A stretch of 32,000 bases of DNA from contig CAWEYG010000001.1 in assembly GCA_963813155.1 (NCBI GenBank), forward strand, positions 19,897 through 51,896, written 5' to 3'. Positions 1 through 7,519 of the stretch are shown here, piece by piece. The DNA comes from an uncultured Acidobacteriota bacterium. Its GTDB lineage: Bacteria > Acidobacteriota > Thermoanaerobaculia > UBA5066 > DATFVB01. A program made the translations under genes and the position numbers. Under the pieces are notes generated by a model, which saw only the letters and a program-made list of their open reading frames with translations, was not told the DNA's origin and ran no database searches. The stretch's first letter is position 1. Each line of letters opens with the position of its first letter.

Positions 1-963
1 GACACATAGGTTCCGTTCTTTCGGTCGAGCGCTTCGGTCAACGACTCGGGATTCGTGATCAGGACTTCCCGTCCCCCCGATTCGACGAACCGCACCGCGG
101 CGTCGATCTTCGGCCCCATGCTCCCCTTTGGAAACTGTCCCTCGGCGAGGAGCCGCCGGGCCTCCGCCGCCGTCAGCGAGGCCAGCGCCTGCTGCGACGG
201 CTTGCCGAAGTCCCGGAAGACCTGCGCGACGCCGGTCAGCACGATGAAGAGGTCCGCCGAGAGCGAGGAGGCGAGAAGCGACGCGACGTAGTCCTTGTCG
301 ATCACGGCCTCGACGCCCCGCATTTCTCCGCTTCCGTCGAAGACGACGGGGATTCCTCCCCCTCCCGCCGCGATCACGATCTTTCCCCGGTTGACGAGCC
401 ACGCGACGATCTCCGTCGACAAGACCGACTTCGGCTTCGGCGACGCGACGAGCTTCCTCCATCCCCGCCCGGCGTCTTCGGCCATGGTCCAGCCGTGGGT
501 CTTGATCAGCTCCTGCGCGCGCGCCCGGTCGAAGAAGGGCCCGATCGGCTTGCTCGGGCTCTGGAAGCCGGTGTCCGCGGCGTCGACCTCGACGGTCGTG
601 ACGAGGGTGATGATCTCTTTCCGGAAGCCGGCTCTCCCGAGGACGTTCGTGAGGGCGGTCTGAAGCAGGAAACCCATCGAGCCCTGCGTCTGGGCGACGC
701 AGACGTCGAGCGTCTGGGGAGGGATCCGGTCCGCCGACGCTTCCACCTGCAGGAGGAGGTTCCCCACCTGGGGCCCGTTGCCGTGCACGACGATGAGCTC
801 GTAGCCGCGGTTGAGAACGGGCAGGAGCCACGCGGCCGCTTCTTCCGCCCTTCGCTGCTGCACGTCGAGCGCGCCCGGAGTCCTCCGGGCGGAGCAGCGC
901 GTTTCCGCCGAACGCGACGATCGCCAGGGGGCGGACGAAGGAAAAGAAGGGCTGGGGGCTCAA
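1..963 (-). CDS. arcC: Carbamate kinase, 3' end beyond the left window edge, with an apparent +1 frameshift near 870-880
   Basis: Hand translation of the minus strand (not in the ORF track; the frame is open to the edge). The N-terminus reads ..LAIVAFGGNALLRPEDSG. After a one-base shift it reads ALDVQQRRAEEAAAWLLPVLNRGYELIVVHGNGPQVGNLLLQ, AEDAGRGWRK, IVIAAGGGGIPVV, VIDKD and FPKGSMGPKIDAA. These are colinear carbamate kinase signature blocks. The candidate TTG start at 963-961 overlaps the arcA TGA (TTGA). Confidence 0.85.
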   Translation of the reverse strand, partial: MSPQPFFSFVRPLAIVAFGGNALLRPEDSGRARRAAAKGGRSGRVAPARSQPRLRAHRRARQRAPGGEPPPAGGSVGGPDPSPDARRLRRPDAGLDGFPASDRPHERPRESRLPERDHHPRHDRRGRRRGHRLPEPEQADRALLRPGARAGADQDPRLDHGRRRRAGMEEARRVAEAEVGLVDGDRRVARQPGKDRDRGGRGRNPRRLRRKRRNAGRRGRDRQGLRRVASRLLALGGPLHRADRRRAGLPGLRQAVAAGAGLADGGGGPAAPRRGTVSKGEHGAEDRRRGAVRRIGGTGSPDHESRVVDRSARPKERNLCV

Positions 964-2258
964 AGGTCTTTCCGGGCGAGCGGCATGGTCATGCAGCGGG
1001 GACCGCCGCGCGCGCGGGAGAGCTCCGGACCCGCGATCTGGATCGCGTACTTCTTGTCGGTCCAGAGCTCGAGCTCTTCCCTTCCCATCAGGATGTCGTC
1101 CTCGTAGAGGATCTTGTATCCCTTCCGATCGAGCTCTTCGGCCGTCCGGACGTTTCTCTCGTAGCAGATGATCACTCCGGGCGCGAGAGCGAACGCGTTT
1201 GCGCCGTCGGTCCACTGCTCGCGCTGCTGGGAGATGACGTCGGTCCCGCCGCACGGAATCGGCTTGAGGTCGATTCCGTTCTCCTTCAGGACCTCGAGGA
1301 GAGACCCTTTCGACGTGTACGTGATCTCGCGGCCGGTCAGGGAGACCTGGTAGACGTCGGCCTCCTCCGGCCCGCCCTTTTCGATCATCGGCGTGTAGCA
1401 CAGGCACTCGTCGCGGTTGACCATCGTGAAGACGGTGTCGAGGTGCATGTACGAGCGCCGCGCGGGGATCTCGACGGTGAAGATCTTCTTGATGCCGATC
1501 TTTCCCTCTTTGAGGGAGGCCGCGAGCTGCTCGACGGTCGCTTTGGACGTCCGCTCCGAGATGCCCACGAGCAGGATGTCCTCCCGCGGGATCAGGATGT
1601 CGCCCCCCTCGAGAGAGGGTCGGCTCGCGGCCGTCGAGAGCCGGGTGAAGTCGGTCGAAAATTCGCGGTACAGGAAAAAGTCTTTCGGCCGCTCGATCCG
1701 CGGCGAGTACTGGAAGACGTACCCGGAGAGCAGCGGCTCGCGCAGTCGGGCCGCCGTCGCCATCGATCCGAGCACGACCCGGTCGCCGAGAACGACCTGC
1801 GGGTCGCGCATGAAGAAGCAATTCGGAAGCGGCGGAAGGAGATAGAGCGTCTCGAGGCGGTCGGAGATCTGGCCCCCCTCGCGAACGATTCCCTCGATCA
1901 GCATCGCCGCGGCCTGCTCGGGAGACGCCTCCCAGATCGGCCTCATCGCGGTCTCGGGGATCTGGAGCTTCAAGGCGAGGTCCGCGAGGACTTCTTCCTT
2001 GATCGCCGGGACCATCAGGATCTCCTCGAGCAGGTCCTGGAATTCCAGGACCTCCACGGTGTCGGCGTCCTCCTTCCACGCGGTGCGGAGGATCTGCTGG
2101 AAGCGCCGATGCTCTTCCCGCGCCCCGTCTCCATAAAGGATGTCGTCGAACAGCAGCTCGTCCATCATCGACGGAACCATCCGGTCGATTTCCTTCCCCG
2201 GCAGGTGGACGAGCACGGATTCCAGCTTGCCGACTTCGGAGGTGACGTGCAGCTTCAT
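960..2258 (-). CDS. arcA: Arginine deiminase
   Basis: 432-aa ORF. The N-terminus MKLHVTSEVGKLESVLVHLPGKEIDRM and the C-terminal ..GGPRCMTMPLARKDL (catalytic Cys motif) are typical of arginine deiminase. It lies directly upstream of arcC and is translationally coupled to it. Confidence 0.93.
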   Translation of the reverse strand: MKLHVTSEVGKLESVLVHLPGKEIDRMVPSMMDELLFDDILYGDGAREEHRRFQQILRTAWKEDADTVEVLEFQDLLEEILMVPAIKEEVLADLALKLQIPETAMRPIWEASPEQAAAMLIEGIVREGGQISDRLETLYLLPPLPNCFFMRDPQVVLGDRVVLGSMATAARLREPLLSGYVFQYSPRIERPKDFFLYREFSTDFTRLSTAASRPSLEGGDILIPREDILLVGISERTSKATVEQLAASLKEGKIGIKKIFTVEIPARRSYMHLDTVFTMVNRDECLCYTPMIEKGGPEEADVYQVSLTGREITYTSKGSLLEVLKENGIDLKPIPCGGTDVISQQREQWTDGANAFALAPGVIICYERNVRTAEELDRKGYKILYEDDILMGREELELWTDKKYAIQIAGPELSRARGGPRCMTMPLARKDL

Positions 2259-2311
2259 AATCAGTCGTTTACGTCCGTCTGGTCCGCCGACGACGCGGAC
2301 GGTGGAATATA

Positions 2312-2728
2312 TCAGACGGTCGAGGTCGCCCAGAGGTACGCGGCAAACGCGCAGGCGGACGCCTCGAGCTCGTCGGAGGTCGTCGCGTCTCGGCCGAGAG
2401 GCAACTCGAGCCCCAGGCCGTGAAGGATGTCATAGCGCGCCCGGCGCCCTGCGGGAAGAGCGATCCGGGGCGGCCGGCGCCCGGCCCACTCTTTCCACAA
2501 TTCCTCCGGGCACGCTTCCAGAAGCGAGACGTCGTTTTTCGGGGCTTTGCCGAGAAGGCCGAATCCCCTCCGCCCGAGCGCCGCGAAGAGGCGCGCGCCC
2601 TCCGAACCCCGCGAAGAGCCGATCGCGAGGACGAATCCCTCCTTCTCGGCTTCGGGAGGAACCAGGCCCTCGCCGCTCTCCTCAAAAGTCCAGGTGCGGA
2701 ATCGCACGCGGCGCCAGCGGTCCATCAT
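2312..2728 (-). CDS. Hypothetical protein, possibly a DUF429/RNase-H-fold-like C-terminal region
   Basis: 138-aa ORF with protein-like composition, while the competing frames here are Arg/Ser/Pro-rich junk. The tail ..TSDELEASACAFAAYLW weakly resembles the conserved acidic/Ala-Cys tail of DUF429 proteins (from memory). The same frame stays open upstream past 2940 with no ATG, GTG or TTG, so the N-terminus is uncertain. Confidence 0.45.
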   Translation of the reverse strand: MMDRWRRVRFRTWTFEESGEGLVPPEAEKEGFVLAIGSSRGSEGARLFAALGRRGFGLLGKAPKNDVSLLEACPEELWKEWAGRRPPRIALPAGRRARYDILHGLGLELPLGRDATTSDELEASACAFAAYLWATSTV

Positions 2729-4274
2729 CGCGACCGTGACCGGGTGAACGTGACCGGCGTGCGGGGCCTCGACGGAAGCGCCGACGAAACCACGCCCGCG
2801 CAGCCGGCGGAAGACAGGTCCCGGCCGCGGCGCAATCGCCCCCGAGCGGAAGCGCGCTTTCCCGGTGGGACAGGCGCTGCAGGCCGTCGTACGCGGCGTA
2901 CTTGAAGCATTCGGAGAGCGTCGGGAAATTGAAGACCATGTCGAGGAAGTCGTCGAGACCTCCTCCCTTCGACATGACGACCTGCGGAATGTGGACGAGC
3001 TCGGTCGCGCTCCCGCCGGCCAGGTGCGCGCCGAGCAGTTCTTTGGTGTTCGGGTCGAAGACGAGCTTCACGAAGCCGTCGGGGTCGCCGGTGATCTGCC
3101 CCCGCGCGTTGTTCTCGTAGCGCGAGCGCCCGACTTCGTAAGGCACTCCGGCGGCCTTCAGCTCCTCTTCGGTTTTTCCGATCGAGGCGATTTCCGGAAT
3201 CGTGTAGACGCCGTAGGGAAATACCGGCGAGGCCGCCGTCTTGAAGGGAAAGCCGAACGCGCGGCAGATCGCGATGCGGGCCTGTTCCATCGACGTCGCG
3301 GCGAGCGCCGGAAACCCGATCACGTCGCCGGCGGCGTAGATCCCGGGGACCGACGTCTGGAAGCTGGCGTCGACGGAGATTTTTCCCCGCTCGTCGGCGG
3401 CGACGCCCGCCGCCTCGAGCCCCAGCCCTTCGGTGTTTCCGCGGCGACCGGCCGAGAAGAGGACCTTGTCGGCCCGGAGGACCCTGCCGGAACGAAGCCG
3501 GCAACGCAGCGCGTCGCGCTTCCGCCCGGGCTCGCGTTCGATCGAATCCACGGCGTCCCCCAGGAGGATCTCCGCGCCCATCCGGTCGAGCGCGACCTCG
3601 AGCGCCGCCGAGAGCTCCCCGTCGAGAAACCCGAGCAGGCGATCGCGCCCCTCGATCAACGTCACCCGGGTCCCCAGCGCGGCGAAGATCGACGCGTATT
3701 CGCAGCCGATGACGCCTCCCCCGACGACCGCGAGACGGTCCGGAATGCGGTCGAGGTCGAGGATGCGGTCGGAGTCCACGAGGTCGGGATCGTCGAACGC
3801 GATTCCGCGCGGCGGGATCGGCGAGGACCCGGTCGCGATGAGGATCACCTCGCCGCTCAAACGCCGGATCTCCGCTCCGGAGGAATCCCGGACCGCGACG
3901 GTTCGCGAATCGAGAAAGAGCGCGTCGCCGCGAACGAGGTCGATCCGGTGCCGCTCCAGGTTCCGGCGGATCTGGCGCTCCTGGCGCTGCGTCACGTCCT
4001 GGAGCCGGCCCGTGAGCTGGCGAAGGTTCTTGCGGCGGTCGAGCTTCAGGGTCATGCCGTAGAGCTCGCCGCGCCGAAATCCCGTCAGGTAGAGCGCCGT
4101 CTCGCGCAGCGTCTTGGAGGGGAGCGTCCCGGTGTGCACCGAAGCGCCGCCGGGCTCCGCCGCGCGCTCGATCATGGCGACGCGCTTGCCGAAATACGCC
4201 GCCTGCGCCGCGCCCTTTTCTCCGGCCGGGCCGGAGCCGATCACGACGAGGTCGAACTTTTCCGCGGCCGGCAC
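2682..4274 (-). CDS. sthA: Soluble pyridine nucleotide transhydrogenase-like flavoprotein (SthA/UdhA type) with a ~62-codon low-complexity tail
   Basis: GTG start. It has the FAD motif FDLVVIGSGPAGEKGA and a second Rossmann motif LAVVGGGVIGCEYAS, plus GIYAAGDVIGFPALA. GGASVHTGTLPSK replaces the redox CxxxxC of lipoamide dehydrogenases, as in SthA. Homology ends at ..FKYAAYDGLQRL (about 2870), but no stop occurs in any minus frame until 2725/2682. Confidence 0.88.
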   Translation of the reverse strand: MPAAEKFDLVVIGSGPAGEKGAAQAAYFGKRVAMIERAAEPGGASVHTGTLPSKTLRETALYLTGFRRGELYGMTLKLDRRKNLRQLTGRLQDVTQRQERQIRRNLERHRIDLVRGDALFLDSRTVAVRDSSGAEIRRLSGEVILIATGSSPIPPRGIAFDDPDLVDSDRILDLDRIPDRLAVVGGGVIGCEYASIFAALGTRVTLIEGRDRLLGFLDGELSAALEVALDRMGAEILLGDAVDSIEREPGRKRDALRCRLRSGRVLRADKVLFSAGRRGNTEGLGLEAAGVAADERGKISVDASFQTSVPGIYAAGDVIGFPALAATSMEQARIAICRAFGFPFKTAASPVFPYGVYTIPEIASIGKTEEELKAAGVPYEVGRSRYENNARGQITGDPDGFVKLVFDPNTKELLGAHLAGGSATELVHIPQVVMSKGGGLDDFLDMVFNFPTLSECFKYAAYDGLQRLSHRESALPLGGDCAAAGTCLPPAARAWFRRRFRRGPARRSRSPGHGRDDGPLAPRAIPHLDF

Positions 4275-4323
4275 GCGGAGATCATAGCGCCGGCGGATAA
4301 GATCTCCCCAGCGGGAGGCGGAA

Positions 4324-5929
4324 ATGAAGGCATTTCGAGCGGGAGCGGGAATCTTCGCTGTGCTGTTCCTCGTCGCCGGCGCGGGCGCCGAAGACGCGAT
4401 GAGCCATTCCCACGAGGCTCCCCCGGGGACCTACGGCTCGGTCGAATTCCCGGTGAGCTGCTCTTCGGATGCGCGGAAGCAATTCGAACGCTCCGTCGCG
4501 ATCCTCCATTCCTTCGGTTACGAGCTCGCGGAAGAATCGTTTCGCCGCACGGCGAAGACCGATCCGGAATGCGCCATGGCCTGGTGGGGCGTCGCGATGA
4601 GCCGCTACCATCCGATCTGGTATCCGCCCACGCCGGAGGACCTGCGGGTCGGCGCCGATGCGGTCGCGCGAGCCCGGTCTCTCCGGGCGCCGACGAAGCG
4701 GGAACAGGCCTACGTCGCCGCGATCGGCGCCTTCTACGACGAAGCCGACACCGTTGACCACAGGACCCGCGCCGTTCGTTACGAGAAGGCGATGGAAGCC
4801 CTCTCGTCCGGCTTCCCGGAGGATCGCGAAGGGGCCGCCTTCTATGCCCTGGCGCTCCTCTCGACGGCTTCTCCGGCGGACAAGACATACGCAAACCAGA
4901 AGAGAGCGGCCGGGATTCTCGAGCGAATTTTCACGGAGAACCCGAAGCATCCGGGCGCCGCCCACTACATCATTCACTCGTTCGATTCGCCGGCGCTCGC
5001 GGCGCTCGCGCTGCCCGCGGCGCGCAGCTACGCGAAAATCGCTCCCGCCGCCCCGCACGCCCTCCACATGCCCTCGCACATCTTTACGCGGCTCGGCGAC
5101 TGGGACGACTCCATCGCGTCGAACCGCGCCTCGGCGGCCGCGGCGCTCGCGATGTCGGCGGGTCTTCCGCCTGGCACGCGCCATTCTCAGCAGCTTCACG
5201 CGCTCGACTACCTCGAATACGCGTACCTCCAGGAAGCCCGGGACGGAGACGCCCGGGCCGTGCTCGAAGAGCTGCTCTCGATCGCCGACGCGGAGCCGAA
5301 GGATCTGACGGGCGCTTTCGCGTTTTCGGCCATTCCCGCGCGCTACGCGCTCGAACGCGGCCGATTCGACGAGGCCGCGAAACTGGAGCTTTACCCGGCG
5401 TCGTACCCGTGGAAAGACTTTCCGTTCCCGGAAGCCATCATCGTCTTTGCGAGAACCGTCGGCCGCGCGCGGTTGGGTCGGGTGGAAGATGCGCGCCGCG
5501 AGCTGCCGAAATTGGATCCGATCTTCGAGAGAGCCGTCGCCCAGTCCCGGCAGGGATACGACTGGGGAAAACAGGTCGATATCCTCCGCCGCGAGGCCGG
5601 CGCCTGGGTCGAGCAGGCTTCCGGACGCGGCGCCGCAGCGCTCGAGCTCATGCGATCGGCGGCCTCGCTCGAAGACTCGACGGAGAAGCATCCCGTCACT
5701 CCCGGCGCGATCATTCCTGCGCGCGAATTTCTCGCCGATCTCCTGATGGAACAGGCCGAGCCCGGGCGAGGCCCTGGCAGAGTACGAAACGTCGCTGAAG
5801 TCCGCGCCGAACCGTTACCATGCAATCGCGGGCGCCTGGAAGGCCGCGACGGCGGCGGGTAACACGGCGAAAGCGTCGGAATACAAAACGAAGCTCGTCG
5901 CGCTCGCCGGAACGGCATCGCCCCGATAG
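4324..5929 (+). CDS. Secreted TPR-like protein of unknown function, apparent +1 frameshift near 5761-5770
   Basis: Signal-peptide-like N-terminus MKAFRAGAGIFAVLFLVAGAGA. The 512-aa ORF degenerates into EPGRGPGRVRNV.. after LLMEQA. The +1 frame continues sensibly as GEALAEYETSLKSAPNRYHAIAGAWKAATAAGNTAKASEYKTKLVALAGTASPR-TAG (stop 5927-5929), a TPR-like helix pair. Removing one base in the ccc-ggg-c run restores a single ORF. Confidence 0.75.
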
Positions 5930-5935
5930 TTCTTC

Positions 5936-7037
5936 TTACTCCGGCGGGAGGATGCGCAGAGGCAGGGGCGGCTGGGAAGCTGGCTCTTCCGCGTCCGTGA
6001 TGTCGCGCAGCTGCTCGACGAAGCGCGAAACCTGCTTCGCCGGTCTCTTCGTACTGCTTCTTCGCGTTGTCGAGGTGCCCGCCGAGCTTGCCCGAACGGA
6101 TCTTCGATCTTCGAAACGCCGCGCTTCAGATCGCCAGCTCCTTTACGATCTCGTGCGCCCGTTTCTCGATGTCGAGTCCCTTCAGGCCTGACGCGAAATC
6201 GTGTAGAGGTAGGCGTAGAGACAGACGAGGCGAGACCGGGATCGACCCGCTTGCGCGAGAGCGCAGTGCCGTCAGGCTCCTCCTCTCCGACTCGGCGACG
6301 ATCTCCCGTAGATCGCCTCCGCGGGCACGTACATGAGCGCGAAATCGAACGTCCCCTCGGCGGGCCGAATGTACTTCGAGGCGATCGCCTCGACGTGTTT
6401 CCGGACGTCGCGCGGAATTGCGAACGCGCGTTCTTGCGCTCCGTCTCGTTTCGAGCATTCGTCGCGCGACGGAAGTTCTCGAGCGGAAATTTCGAATCGA
6501 TCGCTAACCCATCGGTCGCCGACGCGAATCGCCGCGTCGACGATCTCGCCGTCCGAGAACCTCTTCTGCATTTCGCCAGCGTCCCGGCGGGCAGCACCTG
6601 CCGAAGGGCCTCTTCGAGAAGCGTGCTCGCCCGAGGCCGCCGCGGATCTTCGGCGACTTGAGGAGATCCTCGAGGCGCGTCAGTCTCCGAGCCGAGGCCC
6701 GCCATCTGCTGCGAAACCTCGACGACCTTGCCCGAGGTTCTCGCCGACGCTCTTCAGCGAGCCCGTTCGCTTCCGCGCTCTGCTTCTGCATCGTCGCAAG
6801 ACTCTGGCCGAGCGCCGTCCTGGCTCTCCCGGATGCGCCCGTCGATCGTTCGCTCGAACGACTCGAGCCGCTTCTCCACGTTCCCGGAGAGGGCGTGGAG
6901 CGAGCGCTTTCCCGGATTGCTCCGCAGGCGCCTTCGACGCCGCCGGTCGGCCGAGAGCTTCGCGAGGGACGAAGATCACGACCACGAGGACCGCCCGCCC
7001 GAGAACGAAGAGCCCGATCGAGAGCGAGCGAGCTCAC
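5936..7037 (-). pseudogene. rmuC: RmuC-family DNA recombination protein, disrupted by many frameshifts
   Basis: All RmuC blocks are present and colinear but spread over three frames. They include the TM helix IGLFVLGRAVLVVVIFV (7018-6968) and ..LLKSPKIRGGLG.., then IDSKFPLENF (6501-6472) and FDFALMYVPAEAIYG (6349-6305). Further on come LYAYLYTI (6220-6197), GLKGLDIEKRAHEIVKELA (6188-6132), and a C-terminus AKQVSRFVEQLRDITDAEEP..PPE-TAA (6040-5936). Confidence 0.75.
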
Positions 7038-7041
7038 CGGG

Positions 7042-7320
7042 CTATCGGCGTCCCGAGATCAGGTGCACGATCGCGACGAAGAGCGCCGCGCCGATGATCG
7101 ACCAGATGACCGGAAACGGATGATGCTCGATCGAGATCGCGAAGAGGTCGGGAAGGTGCATCTTCCGGGCGAGCCACGACCCGAGAAGCGCTCCGATGAA
7201 TCCGACCGCGATCGACACGAGGCATCCGCCCCGCGTTCCGCCGGCGATCGCGCGCCCGATCGCGCCGCAGATCGCGGCGACGAGCAGGAGAATCAGAAAT
7301 CCCGTGAACGAGAACGTCAT
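7042..7320 (-). CDS. GlsB/YeaQ/YmgE-family small membrane protein (transglycosylase-associated family)
   Basis: 92-aa ORF MTFSFTGFLILLLVAAICGAIGRAIAGG..GFIGALLGSWLA.. with three predicted TM helices and the Gly-rich pattern typical of this family. Confidence 0.85.
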   Translation of the reverse strand: MTFSFTGFLILLLVAAICGAIGRAIAGGTRGGCLVSIAVGFIGALLGSWLARKMHLPDLFAISIEHHPFPVIWSIIGAALFVAIVHLISGRR

Positions 7321-7519
7321 GGCGCCGCCCCTCCAAATCTGCGAGAATAATAACAGTTGCGACGAAGAGCGCGAGATCGACTACCTGATCTGCAGGGAAT
7401 GCAACACTCCCTGCTACATTTTCGAAATCGAGGGCGCGACCGTCACCGAAGCTCTCTGCCAGGTCTGCGGCAACGACCTGAAGGAGCGATTCGCGATCGG
7501 CGAGGTCGACGAAACTTGA
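7319..7519 (+). CDS. Small zinc-ribbon-like protein (about 66 aa), translationally coupled to purB
   Basis: In-frame ATG at 7319 and a CxxC-x18-CxxC pattern (CRECNTPC...CQVCGN). Its TGA (7517-7519) overlaps the purB TTG start (7516-7518) as TTGA. No other canonical start lies in frame. The ATG overlaps the divergent start of the neighbouring gene (CATG), so the exact start is uncertain. Confidence 0.5.
   Translation: MAPPLQICENNNSCDEEREIDYLICRECNTPCYIFEIEGATVTEALCQVCGNDLKERFAIGEVDET

Noticed and set aside
2282-2300. Hairpin GTCCGC-cgacgac-GCGGAC between the DUF429-like ORF and arcA, considered as an intrinsic terminator.
   Set aside because: It has a 6-bp stem only and no U-tract on the transcribed (minus) strand, so it cannot be called a terminator.
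2303-2314. tggaatatatca upstream of arcA as an ArgR (ARG box) site.
   Set aside because: It is not palindromic, does not fit TGAAT-N4-ATTCA, and overlaps the stop codon of the upstream ORF. It is at most a -10-like hexamer.
495-2423. Very long plus-strand ORF (642 aa) covering arcC and arcA. Similar giants occur at 2865-4757 (+), 7414-9609 (-), 17653-19440 (+), 18858-20780 (+), 21119-22477 (+) and 26440-28038 (-).
   Set aside because: All are antisense or out of frame to genes with strong family signatures. Their translations are Arg/Gly/Pro/Asp-rich low-complexity strings typical of stop-poor alternative frames in high-GC DNA.
6126-6131. In-frame TGA after ..HEIVKELAI in rmuC, considered as a sign of stop-codon recoding (TGA as a sense codon).
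   Set aside because: TGA is used as a genuine terminator by arcA, dnaK, dnaJ, hrcA and others in this window. The alternative path through the neighbouring frame (GDLKRGVSKIEDPFG) has better codon usage than the read-through (SAAFRRSKIRSG, with CGA and AGA codons). The gene is frame-scrambled everywhere else.
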